DNA from: Candidatus Brocadiaceae bacterium
GTDB lineage: Bacteria; Planctomycetota; Brocadiia; SM23-32
Direction of reading: 5' to 3'
Length of the DNA stretch: 64,000 nucleotides
Assembly (NCBI GenBank): GCA_012728835.1
Contig: JAAYEJ010000045.1
Span: forward strand, 36,475 to 100,474
In this document: piece by piece, positions 10,637 to 19,222 of the stretch
How the letters are laid out: each line of letters opens with the position of its first letter
How positions within the stretch are numbered: the first letter of the stretch is position 1
The notes under the pieces: model-generated
Databases searched by the model: none
The model's input: only the letters and a program-made list of their open reading frames with translations
Told to the model about the DNA's origin: nothing
Position numbers and translations under genes: made by a program

Positions 10637-11183
10637 AGCCCCCCCCGTAGTCCAGTCCGTCGTGCCGCTGCGTCAGCACGGCGGCAACAAACGCCAGGTC
10701 GGCGCGCCGCCGGTCCTCAGGGACGTCGGCTGCCGCGTATTCGGCCGCCTCGACGCGTTGCCAGAAGGCCTCCCACCCCTCCGCCGGGCGGCCGGCCGGC
10801 GCGGGGCGTGCGGCCATCTGCCGGGGCGTGCACGCCGTCGTCCCCAGAGCCGTGCGGACGCTGCGCGCCAGGTGTGCGTAGAACTCGCCGGGGGGCAGTG
10901 CGAGGGATCGTTCGTCGGGCGGACCCGGTGCCGAGGGCGGCGGCCCGCCGGCCCGGCGGCCCAGGCGGCCGCGCCGGATCAGCCAGTAGAACCCGACGGC
11001 GCCGAATCCGGCGGCGATCAGGCCGGCGGGAAGCTGCCGGGAGGGCGCCTCCGGGGATGCGGCGCGGTCCAGAGGGCCGTAGACGTCCCGGATCTCGTCC
11101 GCTGCCTCCGCAACGGCCGCCAGTGCCAGGAGCCCTGCGCACAGAACGGCTGCCGGAACCGCCAGTCGCCCGAGGGCCGTCAT
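10623..11183 (-). CDS. Hypothetical membrane protein typical of Bat/MoxR-VWA clusters
   Basis: Signal-like N-terminus, IRDVYGP, one TM, FYAHLARSVR helix; overlaps the VWA gene. Confidence 0.6.
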   Translation of the reverse strand: MTALGRLAVPAAVLCAGLLALAAVAEAADEIRDVYGPLDRAASPEAPSRQLPAGLIAAGFGAVGFYWLIRRGRLGRRAGGPPPSAPGPPDERSLALPPGEFYAHLARSVRTALGTTACTPRQMAARPAPAGRPAEGWEAFWQRVEAAEYAAADVPEDRRRADLAFVAAVLTQRHDGLDYGGGCDAV

Positions 11184-11320
11184 ACCGCACGCTCCCATTG
11201 CCGTTGCCGGCAGTCTACTGCGTGCGGCGGCGGGCTGCAACCGGGCGGGCCAGGCGTGCGGTCCGTTGCATTCGGTGCGAACGCCTGCTATAAAGGCCGT
11301 ACGTCCGCTCGGGAGCCGCC

Positions 11321-11884
11321 ATGAACTGGAAGAGCCATCTGGTCACGTTCGTGCTGATCTTCGTGGTCGTCGTGCTGTTCGCCCAGACGTGCCGTCCGCG
11401 CACGGGGCCCGGCGCCGGCGCGCCGCCGGACGCGCGCTACGTCACGCTCACGCTCGAGGGCCGGCCGCCCGGCCTCAGCGAGCTGTCGTATGAAGTGCGG
11501 GCCGAACTGGCTGACACGCCGGAGGCGCGGTGGCGGGGTCTGGCGGGCCGCCAGGGGCTGGCGCCCGGGCATGGGATGCTCTACGTCTACCCGGAACTCC
11601 AGAGGCCCCGGTTCAGTGAAGAGGCCACCGGGTTCCCGCTCTCCATCGCCTTTCTGCACGAGGACGGGACGATCGGCGAGATCCACGACACGGCCGCCCA
11701 CGATCCGGCCGTTGTCCAGCCCGCCGAGCCCGTGCGCCACGTGCTGGAGGTGCGGGCGGGGTGGTTCGCGGACCGCGGCGTCGGCCCCGGCGCGCGCTTC
11801 CGGATGCCCGACCTGCAGGCCCCGCCCGCCGCCGAGCCGCCGGCGCCGCCGGAGGGACCGGGCGAACCGACGGCGCCCGAGTAG
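11321..11884 (+). CDS. DUF192 family protein
   Basis: AELADTPEARWRGL, GMLYVY, PLSIAF, VLEVRAGWF. Confidence 0.88.
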   Translation: MNWKSHLVTFVLIFVVVVLFAQTCRPRTGPGAGAPPDARYVTLTLEGRPPGLSELSYEVRAELADTPEARWRGLAGRQGLAPGHGMLYVYPELQRPRFSEEATGFPLSIAFLHEDGTIGEIHDTAAHDPAVVQPAEPVRHVLEVRAGWFADRGVGPGARFRMPDLQAPPAAEPPAPPEGPGEPTAPE

Positions 11885-11949
11885 CCGACCGAGGGCTCCC
11901 CGCCCGCCGCGCCCGCTTCGGGGACCACACCGCGCACGGCGTCAAGGCG

Positions 11950-11978
11950 TTGACTTGGGGGCGGCGTCGGCTTAGTCT
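11950..11978 (+). promoter_or_regulatory. Sigma70-type promoter for the coiled-coil gene pair
   Basis: TTGACT-17 nt-TAGTCT. Confidence 0.45.
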
Positions 11979-12019
11979 GGGGGCAGGATGTTCCACTGGA
12001 GGAAGGGGGGCTTGCCGCA

Positions 12020-12769
12020 ATGAAACGCGTTCTGATGGTCGTCGTCCTGATTGCCGTCTGCGGCGCCCTGGCCTGGCGCTTCGCCCCGGGCTGCCGTCAA
12101 CAGGCCGCTGACCTGTACGGCCGCCACGCGGGCTGGACCGAGGAGGCGCGCCGTGCGGACCCCGTCGGGTTCATCGAGCACGCCGAGCGCAATCTCCATG
12201 GGCACCTGGCGGCCATGCAGCGCACCACGCGCGACCTGGCTGCCGCCCGCGAGCGTCTCAAAGTGGCCGCCGACCATGCGCGCGCGTCGTCCGAGGCGGC
12301 CGGCGAACTGGCCGAGTCGTTCCGGGCCGCCTACCGGAAGGCCGAGGCCGAGGGCGGCTATCCCGCGCGGCTGGAGGGGCGCGACTACAGCCGTGCGGAG
12401 CTGATCGAGCAGGTGCGCCTGATCCTGCAGCAGCGGACCGACAGCGGCGAGGCCGTCGTCCAACTGGATCGCACCGCCGAGGAGGCGGCCCGGCGCGAAC
12501 TGGAACTCGTGGGCCAGATCGCGCGCATCAAGGCGACCCTCGACATGCTGCCCGCCCAGCGCGAGATCGCGCGCGCCCGCGAACTGACCGGCCAGACCGA
12601 GAAGACGTGGGGCGAGGTGAACGCGCTGATGGACCGGAACGAGGAGCTGCTGACGAGTTCGCCCGTGCGGACGGTGGACGAACTCCTGGCCCACCGGGCC
12701 GAGGCCGCGCAACCGGCGGCCGGGGAGGCGGACGCGGACGTGATGGCGTTCCTGGAGGCGGAGCAATGA
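12020..12769 (+). CDS. Membrane-anchored coiled-coil protein, PspA/IM30-like
   Basis: N-terminal hydrophobic helix, ADPVGFIEHAERNL resembling PspA EDP, long Ala/Glu/Arg-rich helices. Confidence 0.6.
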   Translation: MKRVLMVVVLIAVCGALAWRFAPGCRQQAADLYGRHAGWTEEARRADPVGFIEHAERNLHGHLAAMQRTTRDLAAARERLKVAADHARASSEAAGELAESFRAAYRKAEAEGGYPARLEGRDYSRAELIEQVRLILQQRTDSGEAVVQLDRTAEEAARRELELVGQIARIKATLDMLPAQREIARARELTGQTEKTWGEVNALMDRNEELLTSSPVRTVDELLAHRAEAAQPAAGEADADVMAFLEAEQ

Positions 12770-13578
12770 GCGCGTTCCGCTGGGGCATGGTGGCGGTGGG
12801 CGCCTTCCTGGCCCTGTACGCCGCCGCAACGCTGCTGCGGGCGCGGGGCGAGGCCCACCAGCGTCGCACGACGATGGGCTGCGGCTTCGTGCTGCTGGCC
12901 GGGCTGGTGTGGGGCTACGCGCTGGGCGGATTCCTGGATGACCCGTGGGGTGCCAGGCGGCTCGGCATGGCGTTCGCCCTGGTCCTGCCGGCGCTGGCGG
13001 CGCTGGCCAACCCCGGGCGGCGCGGCATCGTCATGGCGATGGCCATGCTCGTGGTCGCCGTTGCGCTGGGGGCCGACCAGGTGGCGCCCCTGCTGCGGCG
13101 GGTGCACAGGACGCCGTCGGGGCGGGTGGCCGGGAAGGTCTCCGGCACGCTGGAAGAGGCGCGCGCACGGATCGAGAGCACTCGTGCGGTCCTGGCCGAC
13201 CTGGAGGCCGAACGGGCCGATCTGCGCCGCGCGGTGCAGGCGACCGGACACCGCGACTTCGAGTCCCTCGCGGCGGACCCGCAGGCGTATACGCTGCTGA
13301 CGGAACTGGCCGAGGTGGACCGGCTGCTGGAGTCGGCCCGGACGCGGCTGGAGCGGCTGAGCGTTGACGTGCCCCGGCTGGAGTCAGCCCTGAGGCGCCT
13401 GGAGCGGTTCGAGCGCGCGGAGGCCGCGACCGGCGAAGAGGTCGCCCGGGCCGAGATCGAGCAGATCGTGGCGCGGCTCCAGGCGGAGGCCGTGGAGACC
13501 GGCCCGGTGACGGTCGAGGAGCACATGCAGCGCCAGGCGCTTCGCGCGATGTTCGAGGCCGAATTCGAGCCGAGGTGA
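12766..13578 (+). CDS. Membrane protein (4 TM) with C-terminal coiled coil
   Basis: ATGA overlap with the upstream gene; four hydrophobic segments followed by heptad-rich helices. Confidence 0.7.
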   Translation: MSAFRWGMVAVGAFLALYAAATLLRARGEAHQRRTTMGCGFVLLAGLVWGYALGGFLDDPWGARRLGMAFALVLPALAALANPGRRGIVMAMAMLVVAVALGADQVAPLLRRVHRTPSGRVAGKVSGTLEEARARIESTRAVLADLEAERADLRRAVQATGHRDFESLAADPQAYTLLTELAEVDRLLESARTRLERLSVDVPRLESALRRLERFERAEAATGEEVARAEIEQIVARLQAEAVETGPVTVEEHMQRQALRAMFEAEFEPR

Positions 13579-13620
13579 CAGGCGGCAGGCCCCAGGTGAT
13601 GGGGGATGCACAGGCGGCGC

Positions 13621-14805
13621 TCACAGCCGTGGGATCTCCACCTCCGCTCCCGCCTTCTCGTCGGAGAGATAGGCCGCGTAGATCGTCGCCACGGTGTCGA
13701 TGCCCAGGTCGAGGTCGCATTGCGGGCGGGCGCCGGTCGCGGCGCAGGTCATGAAGTCCTGCAGCTCGGCCTGGTAGCCCATCGTGAAGTTCTCGTCCGG
13801 CGCGGCCTGCACCCAGCCCTCCTGCGTGCTGATCTTCTCCATCAGGTAGACGTCGGCCATCTGCTCGGCCTTCGGGTTGTAGGTGTCCATCAGGCCGGCA
13901 GGGCTCAGGAGGCAGCGGGTGCGGTGGTTGTTGGCGAAGACCTCCACGTAGTCGTACACGCCGCCCAGGCAGAGTTCGCTCGTGACCACGTCGCCCACGG
14001 TGCCGTCGCTGAACGTCACGTGCATGAAGCCGTAGTCCTCGATGTCGTGGTAGTCCGTGCGGATGTGGCCGGCGTCGCGGTATTTGGGCAGGCGCGTGAT
14101 CTGGTGCGTGCGGGCGCAGACGCGTGTGGGCCGGATCGGACGTCCGTCGCGCGCCATGCCCTCGATGCGCTTCAGGTAGAGCAGGCCGCCGAGCGGATGG
14201 CAGCCCTTTCCGATGAGGGAGCCGCCGCCGGCGAAGCGCCAGATGCCGTAGACGGGCGAGGCGGAGCCGTTGTGGGATTCCTCGCCGATCATGCGCAGGA
14301 TCTGCGCGGCGCTCTTCTCGACGATCTCACGCTCCTTCTGGATGCTGGGCGCGTAGATGTAGTTCTCCGCGTAGCCGAAGAAGACGCCCGCCTTGCGCAC
14401 GGCGTCGGCGATGCGCCGCAGACGCCCGACGACGGCGTCGAGCATGGGCGCCTTCGGGGCGAGGTCGCCGCGGTAGTCCTCGCCGGCATCGGGTGGGCCG
14501 AAGAAGCCGGTCAGGGGCTTCTCGCAGATGATGCCCTTGCCAGCCTCGACGGCGGCCAGGATGCCTTCCTCATGGGCGTACGGCGGCGAGCAGAGGTCGA
14601 CGACATCGACGTGGTCGAGCATGGAGTGCAAATCGTCAAAGACGGGGATGCCGTGCGTCTCGCCGAAGGCGCGGCGGCTTTCCTCCCGCAGGGACGTGAC
14701 GCCCGTGACTTCCACGCGCACGCCATGCACGCGCCGAAGACACTCCAGGTGAAAGCGGCCCGCAAACCCGACCCCGACGATCCCCACGCGCAACGTCTTC
14801 ATCAT
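13621..14805 (-). CDS. Gfo/Idh/MocA family oxidoreductase
   Basis: RVGIVGVGFAG Rossmann motif, ICEKPL, GGGSLIGKGCH. Confidence 0.92.
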   Translation of the reverse strand: MMKTLRVGIVGVGFAGRFHLECLRRVHGVRVEVTGVTSLREESRRAFGETHGIPVFDDLHSMLDHVDVVDLCSPPYAHEEGILAAVEAGKGIICEKPLTGFFGPPDAGEDYRGDLAPKAPMLDAVVGRLRRIADAVRKAGVFFGYAENYIYAPSIQKEREIVEKSAAQILRMIGEESHNGSASPVYGIWRFAGGGSLIGKGCHPLGGLLYLKRIEGMARDGRPIRPTRVCARTHQITRLPKYRDAGHIRTDYHDIEDYGFMHVTFSDGTVGDVVTSELCLGGVYDYVEVFANNHRTRCLLSPAGLMDTYNPKAEQMADVYLMEKISTQEGWVQAAPDENFTMGYQAELQDFMTCAATGARPQCDLDLGIDTVATIYAAYLSDEKAGAEVEIPRL

Positions 14806-14925
14806 TGTCTCCCGTGTATGTGTACGTGGAACCGTCCCCGCACTTGATCTCATCGTCCATTCGCCGATCGCGAGGATGACGGCGATATCCTCGGCACCCA
14901 CAGACTATGCCCTGCGAGTGGCAGT

Positions 14926-15200
14926 CCCGGATCATTCACCACTGAAACACTGCGTACAAGGAAGAGGGCCTCCTGAGCGGCTGCAATGGGCTCGAAACCT
15001 CAATCTCGCGTCCCCAGCCGAGGAGGCCTTCGCGTGACAGGCTGTTCGCGGCAGCTGACCTTCAGTTTCTATCAGGATAAGCGCCTGGTCGCCGATTTCA
15101 AGGGCGGCCAGATCTCTTCCGACGCCGGCCTCCTGTCCCCGCGCGCCCTCGATGAGAAGCTGGGTTGGACAGCCCAGGCCGCCGGCGTGATAGATGAACG
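14926..15200 (+). mobile_element. IS1380-family left end plus truncated transposase N-terminus
   Basis: CCCGGATCATTCA terminus at 14926; GGAGG then GTG 15034 reading VTGCSRQLTFSFYQDKRLVADFKGGQISSDAGLL, characteristic of the IS1380 Tnp N-terminus; homology ends after ~55 aa. Confidence 0.8.
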
Positions 15201-15204
15201 CGAA

Positions 15205-15315
15205 GGCAGATCGGCCACGGGGCTCCGCCTCTGCCTTCTGCTCAACTTCGGAGCTTCGAAGGTTCAGGTGAAGCGTGCCGTCAACCGCCGATGAACGCCG
15301 ATAAACGCAGATAGA
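15205..15315 (+). pseudogene. GxxExxY protein C-terminal fragment
   Basis: ATGLRLCLLLNFGASKVQVKRAVN resembles the GxxExxY C-terminus; followed by CCGATGAACGCCGATAAACGCAGAT short-repeat tract. Confidence 0.7.
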
Positions 15316-15420
15316 GTGGACACGTTGTCCGAGCACGCGCTTGAGCGCCACCGCAGACTGATCCTGCACGCCGCGACGCACCCGCCCTGGATCAGGGAGG
15401 CGCGCTACCCGGCTTGCGAA

Positions 15421-15485
15421 CAGGGCGAGCAAACGGGTCGCGAGCCCGAAGGCCGAGTCCCGAAGGGATGCAGCGGCCCGCCGGC
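15421..15485 (+). ncRNA. Putative structured RNA (three-way junction, loosely c-di-GMP-I-like)
   Basis: GGCG/CGCC closing helix, GCAAA linker, CGGG/CCCG helix with GCGA loop, GGCCG/CGGCC plus GTCCC/GGGAT helix; lacks the GACGC segment. Confidence 0.3.
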
Positions 15486-15624
15486 GTGACCGGAAGACCG
15501 AGCACGGTTGCCGGCGCGGAAAGCGCCCGAACGGCTTTGACAATCGCTCCGAACCGCGGTAGGTTGACAGGCTGGCCCGGACTTTCCAGTCCCAGTCTCT
15601 CCCGTACCCGCAGGAGGCCGCACG

Positions 15625-16671
15625 ATGGCCAAGAAGACGGTGAAGGTCGGCGTGATCGGAACGGGCGGAATCGCCACCGTCCAGGCGAAGAGCCTGTCCA
15701 AGCTCGAAGGCGTCGAGATCGTCGCCGGCTGCGACATCGATCCCGAGCACTTGAAGACGTTCTGCGACACCTACGGGGTCGAGAAGCGGTTCGAGGACTA
15801 CAACGACCTGGTCAGACTGCCCGAGTTGGACGCCGTGACCGTCTGCACGCCCAACTACGTGCACAAGGACCCGACGATCGCCGCCCTGAAGGCCGGCAAG
15901 CACACCATGGTCGAGAAGCCGATGGCCATGAACGCCGCCGAGGCGCAGGCGATGATCGACGCGGAGACCGGGAGCGGCAAGACGCTGACGATGGGCTTCC
16001 AGTTCCGGCTGCGGCCGGACGCTCAGGCGCTGAAACGCTTCGCCAACGACGGGCGGTTGGGCAAGGTGCTGTTCGTGCGCTGCCAGGCCCTGCGGCGGCG
16101 CGGCATCCCGAGCTGGGGCGTCTTCGGCCAGAAGCACCTCCAGGGCGGCGGACCGCTGATCGACATCGGCGTGCACATCATCGAATGCGCCCACTTCCTG
16201 ATGGGGGAGCCGAGGCCCGTCGCCGCCAGCGCGCAGACCTACACCTACCTGGGCAACAAGAAGCCCGTCACCGATGCCCCGTGGGGCAACTGGGACTGGG
16301 AGACCTACACCGTCGAGGACCTGGCCGTCGGCATGATCCGGTTCGAGAACGGCGCCGTCATGTCCATCGAGTCCAGCTTCGTCGCGCACATCAAGGAGAA
16401 CGTCTTCACCTGCCAGCTCATGGGCGAGAAGGGCGGCTGCCTCCTGACCCCGACGGAACTCTACACCGATGACGCCGGCGTCATGGTGGACATCGAACCC
16501 TCCTACGTCGGCAAGTGGGACTCGATGGACCGCAAGATCAGCGACTGGATCGGGCGCGTCCGAGGTGAGGTCGAGACCCAGTGCCCGAGCAACGCGGGCC
16601 TGATGGTGCAGAAGATCCTGGACGGCCTCTACGCCAGCGCCGAGGCCGGCCGCGAGGTCGCGATCGACTGA
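15625..16671 (+). CDS. Gfo/Idh/MocA family oxidoreductase
   Basis: KVGVIGTGGIA, VCTPNYVH, VEKPMA, GGGPLIDIGVH. Confidence 0.93.
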   Translation: MAKKTVKVGVIGTGGIATVQAKSLSKLEGVEIVAGCDIDPEHLKTFCDTYGVEKRFEDYNDLVRLPELDAVTVCTPNYVHKDPTIAALKAGKHTMVEKPMAMNAAEAQAMIDAETGSGKTLTMGFQFRLRPDAQALKRFANDGRLGKVLFVRCQALRRRGIPSWGVFGQKHLQGGGPLIDIGVHIIECAHFLMGEPRPVAASAQTYTYLGNKKPVTDAPWGNWDWETYTVEDLAVGMIRFENGAVMSIESSFVAHIKENVFTCQLMGEKGGCLLTPTELYTDDAGVMVDIEPSYVGKWDSMDRKISDWIGRVRGEVETQCPSNAGLMVQKILDGLYASAEAGREVAID

Positions 16672-16762
16672 GCGCGGGAGACCGTTCCGGGGCCTCGCCC
16701 CCGGCTGTGTCGTGCCCGGCCCCGCCCAGGCGGGGCCGGCTTCGCTCAGGGAGGGATGTGGC

Positions 16763-18187
16763 ATGCCCGCCATGCCCAACGTTCTGTTCGTCACCACGGA
16801 CCACCTGCGGGCCGACCTGCTGGGCTGTGCCGGCGATCCCGTCATGCAAACGCCGGAGATCGACGCCCTGGCGCAGCATTCCGTCCGCCTGACCGACCAC
16901 TTCGCGCAGAACCCCGTCTGCCACCCGTCGCGCGCCTCCATGATGACCGGCCGCTACCCGTGCCACCACGGCGTCCGCTGGAACTTCAACGACCTGAGCG
17001 AGAACGAGATCACGCTGCTGGAGCACTTCAAGCGGAACGGCTACACGACGGCCACCATCGGCAAGTACCACCTGGACCAGCGGCGCTTCCGCGCGGCGAT
17101 CGACCACCACGAGGCGGCGTCGATCCGCAACATGAACCCGGACAACCCGTTCGTCCAGTACGTGAGGTCGCGGGGCCACGAGTACAGGACCGGATTCGAC
17201 CTGCCCCGGTTCCGCGAGCGGCTCGGCGCGGTGCCGCAGCCGGACCAGCCGGAGGACTGCCACCTCGACGCCTACGTGGGCAGGAAGACGTGCGAGTACC
17301 TGAAGCGCCTGGACGGCGGGCAGCCGTTCTTCCTCTGGCTGGGCTTCTACGGGCCGCACCACCCCTACGTGCCCTCGGGCCGGTTCGCGACGATGTATGA
17401 TCCCGACGAGGTGCCGCCCTTCCACCGGTCGGAGGACGACCTCCGCAAGAAGCCCGTCGAGTACCGCCTCTACCGGCAGGCGGAGGCGCACAAGTACTTC
17501 GGCTTCGCCGAGGCGTCCGAACGGACGTTCCGCGAGATGAAGGCCGCCTACTACGGCATGGTCTCGCAGATCGACTGGCAGCTCGGCCTCGTGCTCGAGA
17601 CGCTGCGGGAACAGGGTCTGGCGGACGATACCGTCGTGGTCTTCACCAGCGACCACGGAGAGTGCTGCGGCGACCACGGCATGCCGGCGAAGGCGCCGTT
17701 CCTGCTCGACTGCATGCTGCACGTGCCGTGCATCATCCACGCGCCGGGCGGCCGGCAGGGCCGGGAGTGCAGCGAACTGACGGAGTCTGTGGACCTGTAC
17801 CCGACGATCTGCCGCCTGGCCGGCCTCGACGTGCCGGAGTGCGTGCAGGGGCGGGACCTGAGCGCGCTGGTCACCGGCGATGCATCGAACTACCGGCCGC
17901 GCGAGGCCGTCTACGCGGAAGCCGTGGACAAGCGCTGCCTCCGCACGCGCGAATGGAAGCTCATCCACTACCCGAACAAGCCGTACGGGGAACTCTACCA
18001 CCTGGCCGAGGACCCGCACGAGCTGAACAATCTCTACCACGAACGCCCCGACGTGCGCGAGCCGATGACGGTGCAGTACTACCGACACCTGGACGCCATC
18101 GAGGACTTCAGGCACCCGAGCTACGCCCGCTTCACCGGCACCGATCCTGACGCAGGCGATGAAGTGACGCACTACCTGACGTGGTAG
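16763..18187 (+). CDS. Sulfatase (Cys-type, FGly-dependent)
   Basis: PNVLFVTTDH, NPVCHPSRASMMTG (CxPxR), GKYH, PHHP, FTSDHG, DPHELNNL. Confidence 0.93.
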   Translation: MPAMPNVLFVTTDHLRADLLGCAGDPVMQTPEIDALAQHSVRLTDHFAQNPVCHPSRASMMTGRYPCHHGVRWNFNDLSENEITLLEHFKRNGYTTATIGKYHLDQRRFRAAIDHHEAASIRNMNPDNPFVQYVRSRGHEYRTGFDLPRFRERLGAVPQPDQPEDCHLDAYVGRKTCEYLKRLDGGQPFFLWLGFYGPHHPYVPSGRFATMYDPDEVPPFHRSEDDLRKKPVEYRLYRQAEAHKYFGFAEASERTFREMKAAYYGMVSQIDWQLGLVLETLREQGLADDTVVVFTSDHGECCGDHGMPAKAPFLLDCMLHVPCIIHAPGGRQGRECSELTESVDLYPTICRLAGLDVPECVQGRDLSALVTGDASNYRPREAVYAEAVDKRCLRTREWKLIHYPNKPYGELYHLAEDPHELNNLYHERPDVREPMTVQYYRHLDAIEDFRHPSYARFTGTDPDAGDEVTHYLTW

Positions 18188-18314
18188 AACGGGCCGTCAG
18201 CCCACGTTCCCGGGCCCCTTCATCGCCGTGCTCTTCCAGGCCGGCCCCTGGAACGTCCGGACGCGCTGGATCACCCGAGCGGCGCGGACGCCGGGCACTG
18301 GGGAGGCGCCGGCG

Positions 18315-19193
18315 TCAGGCGTGGCGCGGAGCGCCGGCGCCGTCCAGCAGGAGCGTCTCGCCCACCGTGCAGCCGATGTCGCGGGCGATGACGGGGCACT
18401 TGGCCTTCAGCAGGAAGCAGACGGGCGCGGCCGCGTCGCTCAGCGTTTCGTAGTTCGCCTGTCCCTTGGCGATGACCAGGTCGGCCGTCGCAAACAGCGC
18501 GCGGAACTCCTCCGAGCAGTCCTCCAGCACGGTACCGGGGATGGCGCTGCCCGTGCTCACCACACGCAGCCCTTCCGGCAGGCCGGCCTGCGCGGCATCC
18601 TCCAGCGTCGCATCGTTGATGATGGGCCCGCCCTTGACGGCGAGCGTGACGTCCGCGCACGGGAGAAAGGGTATGAACAGGCCGTCGAAGACGATCTCCC
18701 CGGCGTTGTCGGCCAGGTAGAGGACGCGCCGGGCCGACTCGACCCGCCGACGGAACTTCGGCACGGGCAGGCCGCGGACAGGGGCGGCGAGCGTCTGCTC
18801 GATGGTGCGTTCGACCAATTGTTCATCGGGTTTCAGGTGGCGGCGCGCCCCCCAGTCCATGATGTTGCCGGCGATGGCGATGCGCAGGGCCGTCTCGAAG
18901 GGGTCGTCCGAGTTGCGTACGAGCAGGCGCATCCGCGGCACGAGCGCGTGCGCGTGAGCATTCGCGTCGTCCTTCACCTGCCGGTAGGGATCGGCGCAGC
19001 CGGTCTGCTCTCGGATCAGCCGGTGGATGCGGGCCGCCATCGGCGGCGGCGGTTCGTCGTCCGGGAAGTCGCCCAGGAACTGAAGCGCCCGGCGCATGAT
19101 GCGCATGCGCAGTCCATGGTCGTCGGTCACCATCGAGACGGCGTCGAGCGTCTGCTGCACGAAGCAGGGAAGGCATTCCAGGTAGGTCTTCAC
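18315..19193 (-). CDS. DUF89/ARMT1-like damage-control phosphatase
   Basis: KTYLECLPCF, DPY, AIAGNIMD, LADNAGEIVFD, PIINDAT, AKGQANYETL, LLKAKC; GTG start. Confidence 0.92.
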   Translation of the reverse strand: MKTYLECLPCFVQQTLDAVSMVTDDHGLRMRIMRRALQFLGDFPDDEPPPPMAARIHRLIREQTGCADPYRQVKDDANAHAHALVPRMRLLVRNSDDPFETALRIAIAGNIMDWGARRHLKPDEQLVERTIEQTLAAPVRGLPVPKFRRRVESARRVLYLADNAGEIVFDGLFIPFLPCADVTLAVKGGPIINDATLEDAAQAGLPEGLRVVSTGSAIPGTVLEDCSEEFRALFATADLVIAKGQANYETLSDAAAPVCFLLKAKCPVIARDIGCTVGETLLLDGAGAPRHA

Positions 19194-19222
19194 GGGGGGT
19201 CTCCCTGGAGGAACTCGGCGGA

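Noticed and set aside
16716..16739. Perfect GC hairpin between oxidoreductase and sulfatase
   Set aside because: Single copy, no U tract; probably an mRNA stability element, not a REP family
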